Positions 19,583 to 29,563 of a stretch of DNA of 64,000 bases are shown here, one piece after another. The position numbers and the translations under genes were made by a program. The notes beneath the pieces are model-generated. The model did not search any database and was not told the DNA's origin. It saw only the letters and a list, made by a program, of their open reading frames with translations. The DNA is from an uncultured Pseudomonadota bacterium. GTDB lineage: Bacteria > Pseudomonadota > Gammaproteobacteria > Ga0077536. The DNA lies in NCBI GenBank assembly GCA_902597385.1, contig CACJXQ010000001.1, positions 31,910-95,909 on the forward strand, given 5' to 3'. Every line of letters begins with the position of its first letter. Within the stretch, counting starts at the first letter, position 1.

Positions 19583-19669
19583 GATGCTTGAATATTTAAA
19601 GGGTGAGATTAGTTGTCTTAAATTTTAAAAGGCCAGGTTAAAAGTAACATCGAGAGCCTCCCCCTAGGC

Positions 19670-20392
19670 CTAATGCTTTTCTCCGATATATATTGTGCAA
19701 GTTGAGGAATCTCCAGTATAAGGATTGGGAAACTCTACGATCTCGGCACGGGAATTGTGGAAAACCTCTTTGAGAGTGTCGCTGAATTCCTTCTCCGGAG
19801 GATTATTTGACCACATGGCGAAAATTCCTTTAGTACGTAACATATTCGTGATCAATTGCATGCCAGAAACTGAGTAAAAATGTCGGTGTTTAAAACTTAA
19901 AAAATGACTAGGGGAATGATCTATATCGAGTAGAATGGCATCGAATTGACGCCCCTTGAGATTCGGCTCTAATTGGCCGGTGGAAGACGAAGCCAACTCG
20001 AAGAAATCGCCTTGAAGTAGTCGACAACGCGGATCCGAACTTAGCCGCTGCCCTAAGGGTATTAGACCTTGTTGGTGCCACTCGATTACTGCATCAAGGA
20101 ATTCGATAACTACAACTGTGCGGACGGAACTATGTTCGAGTGCGGCGTTGGCAGTAAAGCCCAGTCCGAGTCCGCCGATCATCACGTCTATTTCACTTTT
20201 TTTAAGGGTGTCCAAAGGAATATTGGCAAGCGCGGTTTCTCCCGCCGTGAAAAGGCTTGACATTAAAAAATCATCGTCTAGTTTTACCTCGAATACATTG
20301 GCGTTTTCCGCCATCGGTTCGCGACGGCGTCTTAGAGTTAGTGCACCAAGAGGGGTGTCTCTATGGTCTAATTCTTCAAAATTTTTCCCCAT
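19670..20392 (-). CDS. Spermidine synthase-like (PABS) class I methyltransferase-fold protein
   Basis: DVMIGGLGLGFT glycine-rich loop and an acidic ...LLDIDH motif resembling aminopropyltransferases. Confidence 0.55.
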   Translation of the reverse strand: MGKNFEELDHRDTPLGALTLRRRREPMAENANVFEVKLDDDFLMSSLFTAGETALANIPLDTLKKSEIDVMIGGLGLGFTANAALEHSSVRTVVVIEFLDAVIEWHQQGLIPLGQRLSSDPRCRLLQGDFFELASSSTGQLEPNLKGRQFDAILLDIDHSPSHFLSFKHRHFYSVSGMQLITNMLRTKGIFAMWSNNPPEKEFSDTLKEVFHNSRAEIVEFPNPYTGDSSTCTIYIGEKH

Positions 20393-20677
20393 CTTTAGTT
20401 CACTTTATCGAGTAGTATATCGGATTAGATGAAATAGTTTTTTATCTGCGTTAGTGTGATACTTCGACCTTCTATACAGTGGTGCCGGAGTAGGTTTGTA
20501 GATTTCACAGTGATTCATATTATTTCTCATTATGTCTCAAAAGGCGGAGCAGTTTTAGTCCTTCTGGTTAGAGCAGCAATATCGCGATGACAGACATGGT
20601 CAGATGGCTCATTTCGGCCTAACGCAGTGGACGAAACTCGTTGGTAGAGTTTCTAAGTTATTGATTGAAAGAGAGAG

Positions 20678-20722
20678 TGGTGGCCAGGGACAGAATCGAA
20701 CTGCCGACACAGGGATTTTCAG
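20678..20722 (-). repeat. 45-nt exact duplicate of the tRNA-Phe 3' half (att-type direct repeat)
   Basis: Identical to 22250-22294. It covers the sequence from the anticodon loop to the CCA end. Confidence 0.85.
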
Positions 20723-20888
20723 ACCTTATGTCACAATCAATAAACCTATAAAAAACAACAACCTATCATTCCTTTGGCGTAAAGTCTGGTGTAAAAAAGG
20801 CACTAAAAAGCGAGTTATTGAGAGTGGATTGAGGGACACTATCGTTTTGTCCTTACAATCGTTACGAAACGGTTTTGAGTAGATAGTT

Positions 20889-21290
20889 TCACTCACCGAC
20901 ATAACTACAGGCGGATTTTAGAGTATATTCATTTGCAGAGGTAGGAGGGGGATACTTCCAATTTCTATGCTCTCCTATAGGTTCCTGTCCATCACCTACT
21001 CCTTTACCCATTGGTTCGTTGTGAAAAGAAAAACTCAAATACTTCAACCGAAATAACTTACAGTCGCCTTGTTTATACGTTTTGGAAGACAATCTCCCAT
21101 TTGGGGTTGGTTTCAAGTTATCCTTCAAATCCCAATAATAAACATACCCATCAACTTTTCTGATTCTCTCAAAATCGACATAGTAGGTATCTCCTAAATC
21201 ACTCACAAACACCTTCGTCCATTCACTGTAAGAAGGTGATGAGAACATCAACGACAACAGGAAAGTAAGGATTAAAGTATATCGGTTCAT
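20889..21290 (-). CDS. Hypothetical secreted protein
   Basis: Signal peptide and 2 Cys. It lies inside the islet. Confidence 0.45.
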   Translation of the reverse strand: MNRYTLILTFLLSLMFSSPSYSEWTKVFVSDLGDTYYVDFERIRKVDGYVYYWDLKDNLKPTPNGRLSSKTYKQGDCKLFRLKYLSFSFHNEPMGKGVGDGQEPIGEHRNWKYPPPTSANEYTLKSACSYVGE

Positions 21291-21428
21291 AGTCTAAGTT
21301 TTACCACAGGATGGTGTGGAGCGGGAAGGTCTTTGAGGGTTAGTCAGATTTTGGGGTGTCACCTTCTCTAAAAATCACATAAGTGAATGAGGTTGATTAT
21401 TAGAGGTAAAAAAAATAGATATCAATTT

Positions 21429-21740
21429 TTAATCTCGACAGGTGACAGTTGTAATTTTCCCACTGGGTGTTCTTATATTCTGCCAGAAGGTAACAACGAA
21501 AAATCCTTGATTATAACCACATAAAGAATTTCCTATTCCTTCTAAATCCATTTTAGAGAATCCGCCTGGGTTCTGAATCCACAAAGAATTATTCTGAACC
21601 CAATGATTGGACAACCCCATTTGATTTAAACTATCTGAAAATTTGTTCTGACTATTTTTACTTACTGCAGCAAACGAAGTGCTTGTCAAAAACAGTATTG
21701 TTAATAAAATTATCTTTTTTATAGTAATCCTATGACTCAT
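21429..21740 (-). CDS. Hypothetical secreted protein
   Basis: Signal peptide (LTSTSFA-AV) and 2 Cys. It lies inside the islet. Confidence 0.45.
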   Translation of the reverse strand: MSHRITIKKIILLTILFLTSTSFAAVSKNSQNKFSDSLNQMGLSNHWVQNNSLWIQNPGGFSKMDLEGIGNSLCGYNQGFFVVTFWQNIRTPSGKITTVTCRD

Positions 21741-21942
21741 TCCTTGCCCCCACGGTTTTTACAAAGTACTAACTTATCTTATAGATTAGAAAAATGATAA
21801 CCTTTTATTCCTTCACAATACCTTGTTATTGTTCAAAACAAAACAAGGTTGATTCAACCCTGTTTGATTTCAGCTCGCAATCCACTAGACCAAGTTTGTC
21901 GTGGAGAGTTTGGACATCTGAAGAACACCAGAGGGAAGTGAA

Positions 21943-22110
21943 ATGTGGGGAAACTATGGAGATCCTGGAGTAATCCTTGCTGTTATAACCGTAGCACTTA
22001 TTTTCTTGGTCTATAAAAAGTATGACGATTTTTTCGACATAATAATGATAGTTGCGTGTATGTCATTTACCTATTGGTTTTATTATTTCATTACAAATGT
22101 ATTGTTTTGA
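21943..22110 (+). CDS. Possible 55-aa membrane peptide (MWGNYGDPGVILAVITVALIFLVYKKYDDFFDIIMIVACMSFTYWFYYFITNVLF), not in the ORF track
   Basis: ATG with a GAGGGAAG RBS and two hydrophobic helices. It lies inside the islet. Confidence 0.25.
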   Translation: MWGNYGDPGVILAVITVALIFLVYKKYDDFFDIIMIVACMSFTYWFYYFITNVLF

Positions 22111-22249
22111 TAGAGGACTATTTCTCTCTAGGTTCAACCCTACTTTTATAGATTATAAATCAGCTGTTTGGTGTAAATTGGTGTAAAAATGGAAGGGTGT
22201 TAGAGAGGGAGTCTAAACCCCGATTTCCTTAATGAAATCAGGGGTTTAG

Positions 22250-22325
22250 TGGTGGCCAGGGACAGAATCGAACTGCCGACACAGGGATTTTCAGTCCCCT
22301 GCTCTACCAACTGAGCTACCTGGCC
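22250..22325 (-). tRNA. tRNA-Phe (anticodon GAA)
   Basis: The reverse complement folds as a 76-nt cloverleaf ending in CCA. The anticodon loop is CTGAAAA. Confidence 0.9.
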
Positions 22326-22373
22326 TTGATTAACGTTAATTCTACGTTATCGAGAGGCTAAAATCATATGAAC

Positions 22374-22646
22374 TTAGCTATCCGGATCAACAAATTCTTG
22401 CGGTCTATCTGAGCCCCCGTCAAAAAAGAACTTTTCCATTTCGTCTTCAAGGAATTTTCTATCCTTTGGTTCTATCGGAGTAAGTCTATACTCGTTTATC
22501 AGAATCGTCTGATGCTGAAGCCACATATTCCAACCTTCCTTGCTGACGTTTTCTAGTATGCGCGAGCCGAGGTCACCCGGGTAAGGAGGCCGTTCTAAGC
22601 CTTCAAGTTCTTTTCCAAGTTTAACGCATTTTACGTTTCTGGCCAC
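22374..22646 (-). CDS. yggX: Fe(2+)-trafficking / oxidative-damage protection protein YggX
   Basis: Strong similarity to E. coli YggX (C..LQ.EAEG...PYPG.LG.RI...SKE.W..W...QT.LINE..L). Confidence 0.85.
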   Translation of the reverse strand: MARNVKCVKLGKELEGLERPPYPGDLGSRILENVSKEGWNMWLQHQTILINEYRLTPIEPKDRKFLEDEMEKFFFDGGSDRPQEFVDPDS

Positions 22647-23710
22647 TAGCTATTTTCCTTATTTTTCCGCCAAAGGTCTTTCAGCAAATCCACTACTGGC
22701 TTGGGGGTGCCGATTGTTTTGGCTGATTTTTTTTCAAAGAACATTCTATCATTATTTTCGAGAAGTCTGGAGTCATCTCCGATTAACGTAAAAAGTAGGG
22801 GTTTTAATATTAATTTGCAGTGGGTGAGGTGATGGTGTTTTGGCGGGAGCTGTTCACAATAGTAGTTTGCTGGATCCAGAACATTTAAAATTATTGTCTC
22901 AGCGCCATTCTTTTTTTCGAACTCAGGGAAACTCCAAAGTCCTCCCCAAATTCCAGATTTCGGTCGCCTTTCCAGTAAAATCTCGCGCTTTCTATTTCTG
23001 ATAATAGCAATATAGGTTGATTTGGTTTTAGATGGTTTCCTTTTCCCCGATCCTGGAAAAATTCGTGTACTGTTAGATAAATAAGCGGCGCATGAATTAG
23101 TATAGGGACATTTGGAACAAATAGGGTCTTTCTTGCACACCATTGCTCCCAAGTCCATAAGCGCCTGAGTGTATTCTCGGTGACGACTTGTTGGAACATG
23201 TAACTCCGCAGTAGCCCACAATTGCCTTGTTGTCCTCGCGGTTGCCGGTTTTGCTTTTATTGCATGATATCTACTCAGAACTCTTTTCACGTTTGCATCT
23301 AAAATAGCTGCGGGTTGATTTAAAGCTAAAGCAATAATTGCTCCGGCTGTCGATTTACCGATTCCAGGCAAACCCACAAGTTCCTCAGTTGTTGCGGGCA
23401 TCACTCCTCCGTATTCTTCTTCTATCATTCTAGCTGCTTTATGCAAATTTCTCGCTCTACTGTAATATCCCAGCCCAGACCACGAATTAAGAACTTCATC
23501 GAGATTTTTCTCTGATAGTATTTTTATACTAGGAAATAACCTTACGAAGTTTGTAAAGAACGGTATTACAGTTTGAACCTGGGTTTGCTGAAGCATTATC
23601 TCGGAAACCCAAACCCGATAGGGTGTTGGGTTCTTTTGCCAAGGCAGATCATGTCGACCGTAGAGGTCAAACCAATTTAGGAGTAAATCAGAGAACTTCT
23701 CATTTGCCAT
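22646..23710 (-). CDS. mutY: A/G-specific adenine DNA glycosylase MutY
   Basis: HhH-GPD motifs and a C-terminal Cx6CxxCx5C Fe-S cluster loop, followed by a NUDIX-like domain. mutY-yggX synteny. Confidence 0.9.
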   Translation of the reverse strand: MANEKFSDLLLNWFDLYGRHDLPWQKNPTPYRVWVSEIMLQQTQVQTVIPFFTNFVRLFPSIKILSEKNLDEVLNSWSGLGYYSRARNLHKAARMIEEEYGGVMPATTEELVGLPGIGKSTAGAIIALALNQPAAILDANVKRVLSRYHAIKAKPATARTTRQLWATAELHVPTSRHREYTQALMDLGAMVCKKDPICSKCPYTNSCAAYLSNSTRIFPGSGKRKPSKTKSTYIAIIRNRKREILLERRPKSGIWGGLWSFPEFEKKNGAETIILNVLDPANYYCEQLPPKHHHLTHCKLILKPLLFTLIGDDSRLLENNDRMFFEKKSAKTIGTPKPVVDLLKDLWRKNKENS

Positions 23711-23733
23711 TTCAAATTCAAACCACTATAACG

Positions 23734-24318
23734 TTAGTCTTTCCTGGATTTTGCGAGCGTTTCGATTGTCTCTATAGTTTTCTTTATTTGCTTTAAGAAC
23801 ACTTTTTCTAAAACAAGTGGTCCTATTATTGGTGGGATCCAGAAGTCTGGAGTAAGTGTGGCATTGACTCTAATTAATGTTTTGTCTGCCCCCTCTGAAA
23901 CAGTCTTCCAGATTGCCCGGCCAGCGGAAAAGTTTCCCTCTCCAGCAACAATATTCATTTCCAATCTATCTTTGGACAAAGTTACGATCTCGACAAACTT
24001 AAGATTGAAGCAAAAAGTAAAAATACACTGGGTTAGCGTGAGGAGCCTTTTTATTTTGTTTCCCGGAAGAGTTTCCAATACTTTACTTTTTGATATGTTG
24101 CCGTTCAATCTATCCCATTGTTCAAAGTTATGTAGCTTGTCTAATACTTTGTCGTGCCGCGCATTAATCTGCGCTTCAAAAGAATATAAAAATCTTTTAT
24201 CTTTATATTCTATTGAGCTTTTTTTAAGGGACGCAGAACTGACAATCATGCTGGATATCAGAAGTCCTAAAGTTATTATCCAGCGTACTGCGACTTTTTT
24301 GTTTGATTGGTTTTGCAC
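23734..24318 (-). CDS. Hypothetical secreted protein (SRPBCC/START-like fold suspected)
   Basis: Signal/anchor sequence. No diagnostic motif. Confidence 0.35.
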   Translation of the reverse strand: MQNQSNKKVAVRWIITLGLLISSMIVSSASLKKSSIEYKDKRFLYSFEAQINARHDKVLDKLHNFEQWDRLNGNISKSKVLETLPGNKIKRLLTLTQCIFTFCFNLKFVEIVTLSKDRLEMNIVAGEGNFSAGRAIWKTVSEGADKTLIRVNATLTPDFWIPPIIGPLVLEKVFLKQIKKTIETIETLAKSRKD

Positions 24319-24322
24319 GGAC

Positions 24323-27208
24323 CTAAAAATTAAAAAGTTTTTTCAAAGCCTTCTCTGCATCAGAACCAATAGTATCTTTAAGCTTCTCGCTTAATACCTT
24401 TTCAATCTTTTTTTTCGCTTTATTCTTCACAATGTTTTTCAATATAGGTTGAAGATTTGGTTTACAGCCTGGATTTTGAAAGTCACCATTGCATCTTAAA
24501 GGGATCGAATATCCTCCGAGGTTGTAGGCCTGTTCCCCGCTTTGAACTCTAGAGCGCGGAACGTCTAAAGCTAGATTTAGCTGCAATTGCTCTTTTATTA
24601 AATTCGCACTACCGCTTCCCTTAATCACAAACCCTTCACCTTCCACATAAAAATCTTTGCTTACGACACTACCATTGTTGATTGCCAAAGAAGCGTTTAG
24701 TCTCTCGAATTTGGTAGCCCCTCCTTTAGGGGGTGATTGTAGGCACTTGCACTCTAAAATTCTCTCAGCTGTCGAAAGTAAAGCTGGAGTATCAATCCCT
24801 GTAAAAACGCCTTTGCTTAGGGTTATAACGCTATTTCCTCGTGCTGATCTTATCAATTGGTCCATTGACTTCCCCGATGCTTTTAAATGAAACCCTACGC
24901 TTCCACTGCCTTTTAAATAGTTACTACCAGTCTTATCGTGGAGCAAAGGGCCTATTTCTATTCCGTCGAGTTTTGTTTCTATGTTTATAACCGAATCTTG
25001 CTTTGTTGCATCTACTGAGACCACGCCGGCGTAGTTTCCCTCGTAAAGAGTCGCTTCAATTGGGTCAATCTCTATTCGACCATTGTTTGCCTGGCCGTTG
25101 ATAATTAAGTTCTCAATCGTAAGGCCAGAAATTTTAAGCCTATCAATCTGAATTTTTCCATTTCCGTTCAGGTTTCTCAAAAGATCGTTAGGTAGAGTAC
25201 TGGCTCCGACAACTGCCACTTCAGGGGAGAGTGTGGTTTTTTTTTCGGTTGTTAGATATTTGTCAAAATTAATTTCATCTACTGTAAGATCGAATTCTGT
25301 TTGGACTTTTGGAAGTCTTTGAATTTTTATCTGCCCATTTAAGTAGGTGTCATCCAGTCTAATATCCAGCTGACTAACTGCTATAGATTTTTCAGAGAAT
25401 TCAGCAGAAATCATTGCCTCTAATTTTTGCAAAGCCCCGTCATCGTTTGATTGGAGATCAATCTCAAAAAAGTCTAGCCACGTTTTAGGGTTGAAGTCAG
25501 ACGCATTCATCTGAATGGTGCCGGTAGGTGATGAGTACATGTTAGAAACTAAGCCTGATAGTTTGGTTTTTGATCCTAGGCCTGTCAAAAATAATTCGGG
25601 CACTGAGATGTTTCCGTCTTCTATGTTGATCGATATGTCTTCGCCTATTACTTCAAAGACCTTGATATTAGAGGAGGCTCCATGAACAGTGCCTGATGAT
25701 GTCAGTGATAATTTTTCGGAATCACCTTCGAATTTCAAACGTAGATTAGTTAGCCCCAATCTCCTTGAAAGTTCAGGCTGATTAAAAAGCAAAAGAATGC
25801 TATTTAAATTTTCACTATTAAGAGTCAAAGTTCCGCCTAAATTTTGTCTCCCACTTGGTTGGCTAATTAGTAAATTAGAGCCTAGCTTGAAACCTAGAAG
25901 ATCTAATTGTAATTCTTCGAGTACAATCATGTTGTCTTTAGGAAGAGTCTTTAGGGAGGTTGCGAAGCTCAAACTACGATTTTTTAACCTACCTAAATTC
26001 TCAAAAAATTCTTCGCTCATTTGGTCGTTGAAATGCTGATGGATTTTCAGTAGTGGCAAAAAGTCTCGAGTGTTGGCTTTTAAGCTACCATTTATCTTCG
26101 GTTTCGACGAAAACATATTCTCAGCTTTGAAATTCCCTTCGATAGCGGCTCCTAGGGCTAGAGCGTCTACATTTGTGATTTTAAAATCCCCTGCTTCAAG
26201 ATCGGCCTCAAATTCGATGTCTAGGGTTGCCTTCTGCTTCTTTTTGCCTAATGTTCTCGTTAAATTAGGCGCTAAAATACCAATCGGCTTACTCAAATCT
26301 TCGCTATTGAATTTGACCGCCCCTAATGTTTTGGTTTGGTTTCGACCCAGCGGAAGTTTGCTTACCGAAGCGTTTAGATTGGTTTTCAAGCCGGATAATT
26401 GCAACTTGTCTATTGTGAGATATTGCTTTTCCTGTTCAATTTTCCCCTTAAAAAAGAGAGAGAAATCTTCCTCTGTTAGTCCAATTTTTTTACTTTTTAT
26501 CTTTCCATCTAACTTGAGGTCATTGAATGCGTAGAAATTTTCTTTAAGTCCATAGGTTACCGTGCCTAGTACTTCAGCGATGCCGCTAAGTTCTTGTTCA
26601 GTATCTGTGAATTTAATAGATCCAACTAATTCAATCGGTTTTTCAAAGCTAAGCTCGGAAATTTTGATATTGATATCAGAAACACTGATTCTTCTTTTGG
26701 TTGTCTCGTCATGAAACTTAATTTCTGAATTATTGATGTTTACGCCGCCCAAGAAAACAGCTAATAGCTTTGAGGAAGTTTCTTCTTTCTTCGCCTCTTC
26801 AGCGTTTTGGCTCATTAGCCAATTAGCAATTCCACGTTCATCCTTTATAAGATTGACTTTAAGTTGATCGATGGTAAGCGCGTCCATCTCTATGTCACCC
26901 CTTATTAGGCTGAACATGTTGACACTTATTCGAATTGAGCTTAACCGAAGGAATTGAGGAATGTGAAAGTTGTCCTCGTTCACGATCTCGATATCCGAAG
27001 CCTCTAGAACCAATCTTGGCAATATTGAAAGTCCGAGAGGACCATTTAGACGCAGAGTCTTTCCAGTCGATGCTCTAAACTGATTTTCTATTTCGTTTTT
27101 ATATTCATTGGGGTCGACGGCAGCCAGAAAAATACTTAAAACCAGGAGGACTGTGAATAGTATCCCTGCAACAATCAAGCTCAAGGTTTTTAAATATTTT
27201 AATTTCAC
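24323..27208 (-). CDS. asmA: AsmA family outer-membrane-biogenesis protein
   Basis: N-terminal TM anchor plus a long beta-rich periplasmic domain typical of AsmA. The likely start is GTG 27206-27208 (MKLKYLK...), abutting the argH stop. The ORF-track start at 27244 would overlap argH by 37 nt. Confidence 0.7.
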   Translation of the reverse strand: MKLKYLKTLSLIVAGILFTVLLVLSIFLAAVDPNEYKNEIENQFRASTGKTLRLNGPLGLSILPRLVLEASDIEIVNEDNFHIPQFLRLSSIRISVNMFSLIRGDIEMDALTIDQLKVNLIKDERGIANWLMSQNAEEAKKEETSSKLLAVFLGGVNINNSEIKFHDETTKRRISVSDINIKISELSFEKPIELVGSIKFTDTEQELSGIAEVLGTVTYGLKENFYAFNDLKLDGKIKSKKIGLTEEDFSLFFKGKIEQEKQYLTIDKLQLSGLKTNLNASVSKLPLGRNQTKTLGAVKFNSEDLSKPIGILAPNLTRTLGKKKQKATLDIEFEADLEAGDFKITNVDALALGAAIEGNFKAENMFSSKPKINGSLKANTRDFLPLLKIHQHFNDQMSEEFFENLGRLKNRSLSFATSLKTLPKDNMIVLEELQLDLLGFKLGSNLLISQPSGRQNLGGTLTLNSENLNSILLLFNQPELSRRLGLTNLRLKFEGDSEKLSLTSSGTVHGASSNIKVFEVIGEDISINIEDGNISVPELFLTGLGSKTKLSGLVSNMYSSPTGTIQMNASDFNPKTWLDFFEIDLQSNDDGALQKLEAMISAEFSEKSIAVSQLDIRLDDTYLNGQIKIQRLPKVQTEFDLTVDEINFDKYLTTEKKTTLSPEVAVVGASTLPNDLLRNLNGNGKIQIDRLKISGLTIENLIINGQANNGRIEIDPIEATLYEGNYAGVVSVDATKQDSVINIETKLDGIEIGPLLHDKTGSNYLKGSGSVGFHLKASGKSMDQLIRSARGNSVITLSKGVFTGIDTPALLSTAERILECKCLQSPPKGGATKFERLNASLAINNGSVVSKDFYVEGEGFVIKGSGSANLIKEQLQLNLALDVPRSRVQSGEQAYNLGGYSIPLRCNGDFQNPGCKPNLQPILKNIVKNKAKKKIEKVLSEKLKDTIGSDAEKALKKLFNF

Positions 27209-28602
27209 TATATTTTCTCGATCCGGATAGCTATTCTTGCACACGCTTTCTTGACTTGCTCGGGAGCTGTGCCGCCTTGGTGGCTTCTCGATGCTAGTGC
27301 TTTGTCTGGGGTTAATATGTCAAACACCTTTGCATCAAATATCTTGTTCGCTTTTTGGAATTCCGCTAACTTCAGATCTTCGAGCTGGCAATTTTGATCG
27401 ACCGCAAATTTGACCAGTTGACCCACAGTTTCATGTGCGTCTCTAAAGGAGATACCTTTTCTCACCAAATAATCAGCAATGTCGGTTGCTAAAATAAAGC
27501 CCTTTTCCGCGGCTTCAGACATGGCAGAAGGATTTGGATTGATGCTGGGAATTAATAAATTGAGGGCCATGGTACAATCTATCAGAGTGTCTACAGTATC
27601 AAATAAGGGTTCCTTGTCCTCTTGGTTGTCTTTGTTGTAGGTTAATGGCTGAGATTTCATTAATGTGATCAGCCCCATTAGATGACCGTAGACCCTACCT
27701 GATTTTCCTCTGATTAACTCTGGTACGTCAGGATTTTTTTTCTGAGGCATCATTGATGAGCCAGTGCAGAAGGCGTCTCCCAGCTCAATAAAAGAGAAAG
27801 GTTGGGAACACCAAAGAACTAGTTCTTCACAAATTCTTGAGAAGTGCATCATAGTCATAGTTGCTGCTGAAACAAATTCTATTACGAAATCTCGGTCAGC
27901 TACGCTATCCATTGAGTTTTCAGAGATGTCATCGAAACCTAAAATTTCTGCAGTGATGCGACGATCTATAGGGAAGGTTGTTCCAGCAAGTGCTCCGGAT
28001 CCTAGCGGAAGGATGTTAATCCTCGATCGGCAGTTTTTGAATCTCGATATATCTCGCAGTATCATCTCGGCCCAAGCTAGCAGGTGGTGGCCGAAAGTTA
28101 CAGGTTGGGCTACTTGAAGGTGGGTATAACCGGGCATCAAAGTGGCTGATTCTTTGTGAGCGAGTTGGACAATGGCCCTCACTAAATCCTTTAATTCTTC
28201 TACCGATTCATCAGTCTTATCTCTCAAGAAGAGGCGTAGGTCAGTAGCGACTTGGTCATTTCGAGATCTGGCCGTGTGTAATTTTTTTCCAACCTCTCCT
28301 ATTCGATTGACCAACTCGCCCTCAATGTTCATGTGCACATCCTCTAGTGCCGCTGACCACTTGAATGTTCCGTTTCTGATAGTATCAGCAATTTCTTCTA
28401 GTCCATTATCAATTTGTCTCAGCTCTTCGGAGGATATTATCCCGCATTTCTCTAACATTTGGGCATGGGCCTTAGAGCCTGTTACGTCATAAAGACCAAG
28501 TCTCTTGTCGAAATTGATGGAAGCGGTAAATCGCTCAACAAATTGATTGGTGGGTTCAGAAAAACGTCCGCCCCAGGGCTTCTTTTCGGATTTATTGTCC
28601 AT
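27208..28602 (-). CDS. argH: Argininosuccinate lyase
   Basis: Fumarase/lyase family signature GSSxMPxKxNP and N-terminal WGGRF. Confidence 0.9.
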   Translation of the reverse strand: MDNKSEKKPWGGRFSEPTNQFVERFTASINFDKRLGLYDVTGSKAHAQMLEKCGIISSEELRQIDNGLEEIADTIRNGTFKWSAALEDVHMNIEGELVNRIGEVGKKLHTARSRNDQVATDLRLFLRDKTDESVEELKDLVRAIVQLAHKESATLMPGYTHLQVAQPVTFGHHLLAWAEMILRDISRFKNCRSRINILPLGSGALAGTTFPIDRRITAEILGFDDISENSMDSVADRDFVIEFVSAATMTMMHFSRICEELVLWCSQPFSFIELGDAFCTGSSMMPQKKNPDVPELIRGKSGRVYGHLMGLITLMKSQPLTYNKDNQEDKEPLFDTVDTLIDCTMALNLLIPSINPNPSAMSEAAEKGFILATDIADYLVRKGISFRDAHETVGQLVKFAVDQNCQLEDLKLAEFQKANKIFDAKVFDILTPDKALASRSHQGGTAPEQVKKACARIAIRIEKI

Positions 28603-28716
28603 AAATATACCTTAGAGAATTTTGCCTAAGTATAACTTACCTTTTAATTCGGTGTACGTTAATTCGTATTTTTAAGAGCATTCCGATTTCAAAAAAAAGC
28701 AGTAGGGTTTCTATTC

Positions 28717-29451
28717 TTACATATCGCCCCAAAGAGACTGCGCGATAGTTAAAGCACAGGTACTCGCGGTTTCAGACCGTAAGACTCGAGGCCCTATGTT
28801 TACATTTTTGCCCCCTCGATTAATCAAACTATGAATTTCTTCTTCGTTGAGGCCGCCCTCTGGTCCGCAAACAATTGCTATCGGCTTCTGACTGCGAGGA
28901 AGGCCATTCATCTTTTCTTTGGCATGGGGATCCAATATAAGAAATTCGAAGTCTTTTGTCAGGTCCAAGATTTGGCTTAAAGGACTAAAAGGGTAAAGGT
29001 CTGGAATTGTCCTTCGGCCGCACTGCTCTGCGGCGCTGCGTATTATATTCCTCCAATGAATAAGGCGCTTCTCCCTCCTCTCATTATTGATTTTTATAAC
29101 AGACCTGGCCGAGAAGAAAGGCAATATAGACGCGACTCCGAGCTCTGTTGCCTTTTGGAGAGCATAGTCCATTTTTTCCGGCTTTATTATTGCGATAATT
29201 AGTTTTATTTGAAGGGGCGACTCAACAGCGGTTCTTATCTCTTCGGTGGTGAGGATGGTCACGTATTTTTTATTGATCTCCTTGATGGTAGCTTTAAATT
29301 CCAAATGTTGATTGTTAAAGACAACTATTTCATCGCTTTTTTTAAGCCTTAGTACTGACCGGATCTTGTGGCTTGAACTTTCGGTAAGCCTCAGCTCCGC
29401 CCCTGGTTTAAGTAGTTCCTCCACAAAAAATCTCAATTTATTAGACCTCAT
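28717..29451 (-). CDS. rsmE: 16S rRNA (uracil1498-N3)-methyltransferase RsmE
   Basis: PUA-like N-terminus plus a SPOUT domain of typical RsmE length. Confidence 0.8.
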   Translation of the reverse strand: MRSNKLRFFVEELLKPGAELRLTESSSHKIRSVLRLKKSDEIVVFNNQHLEFKATIKEINKKYVTILTTEEIRTAVESPLQIKLIIAIIKPEKMDYALQKATELGVASILPFFSARSVIKINNERREKRLIHWRNIIRSAAEQCGRRTIPDLYPFSPLSQILDLTKDFEFLILDPHAKEKMNGLPRSQKPIAIVCGPEGGLNEEEIHSLINRGGKNVNIGPRVLRSETASTCALTIAQSLWGDM

Positions 29452-29563
29452 TTTTTAACCTCTCTTTTTTTGGGTTTGTTTAAGGATCTAAGTTTCTTTC
29501 TAGTCAGGTAAAGTCAACTTTAACTTAAAAAATTGATATTATTGTAAAAAAATTGGAAATCTG

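Larger units (their letters stand above)
20723..22249. mobile_element. Putative degraded integrative islet bounded by tRNA-Phe and its 3' direct repeat
   Basis: Direct-repeat architecture. The content is AT-rich and consists of small secreted or membrane ORFs only. No integrase is present. Confidence 0.4.

Noticed and set aside
20590-20680. Possible second tRNA or tRNA fragment immediately upstream of the 45-nt repeat
   Set aside because: The reverse complement does not fold into a cloverleaf. Only the 45-nt block matches the tRNA.
20604-20882. 92-aa '+' strand ORF (MAHFGLTQW...GGQGQNRTADTGIF...)
   Set aside because: It reads straight through the 45-nt tRNA-Phe 3' duplicate (GGQGQNRTADTGIF is the tRNA T-arm translated). 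It is an artefact of the att repeat and not a gene.
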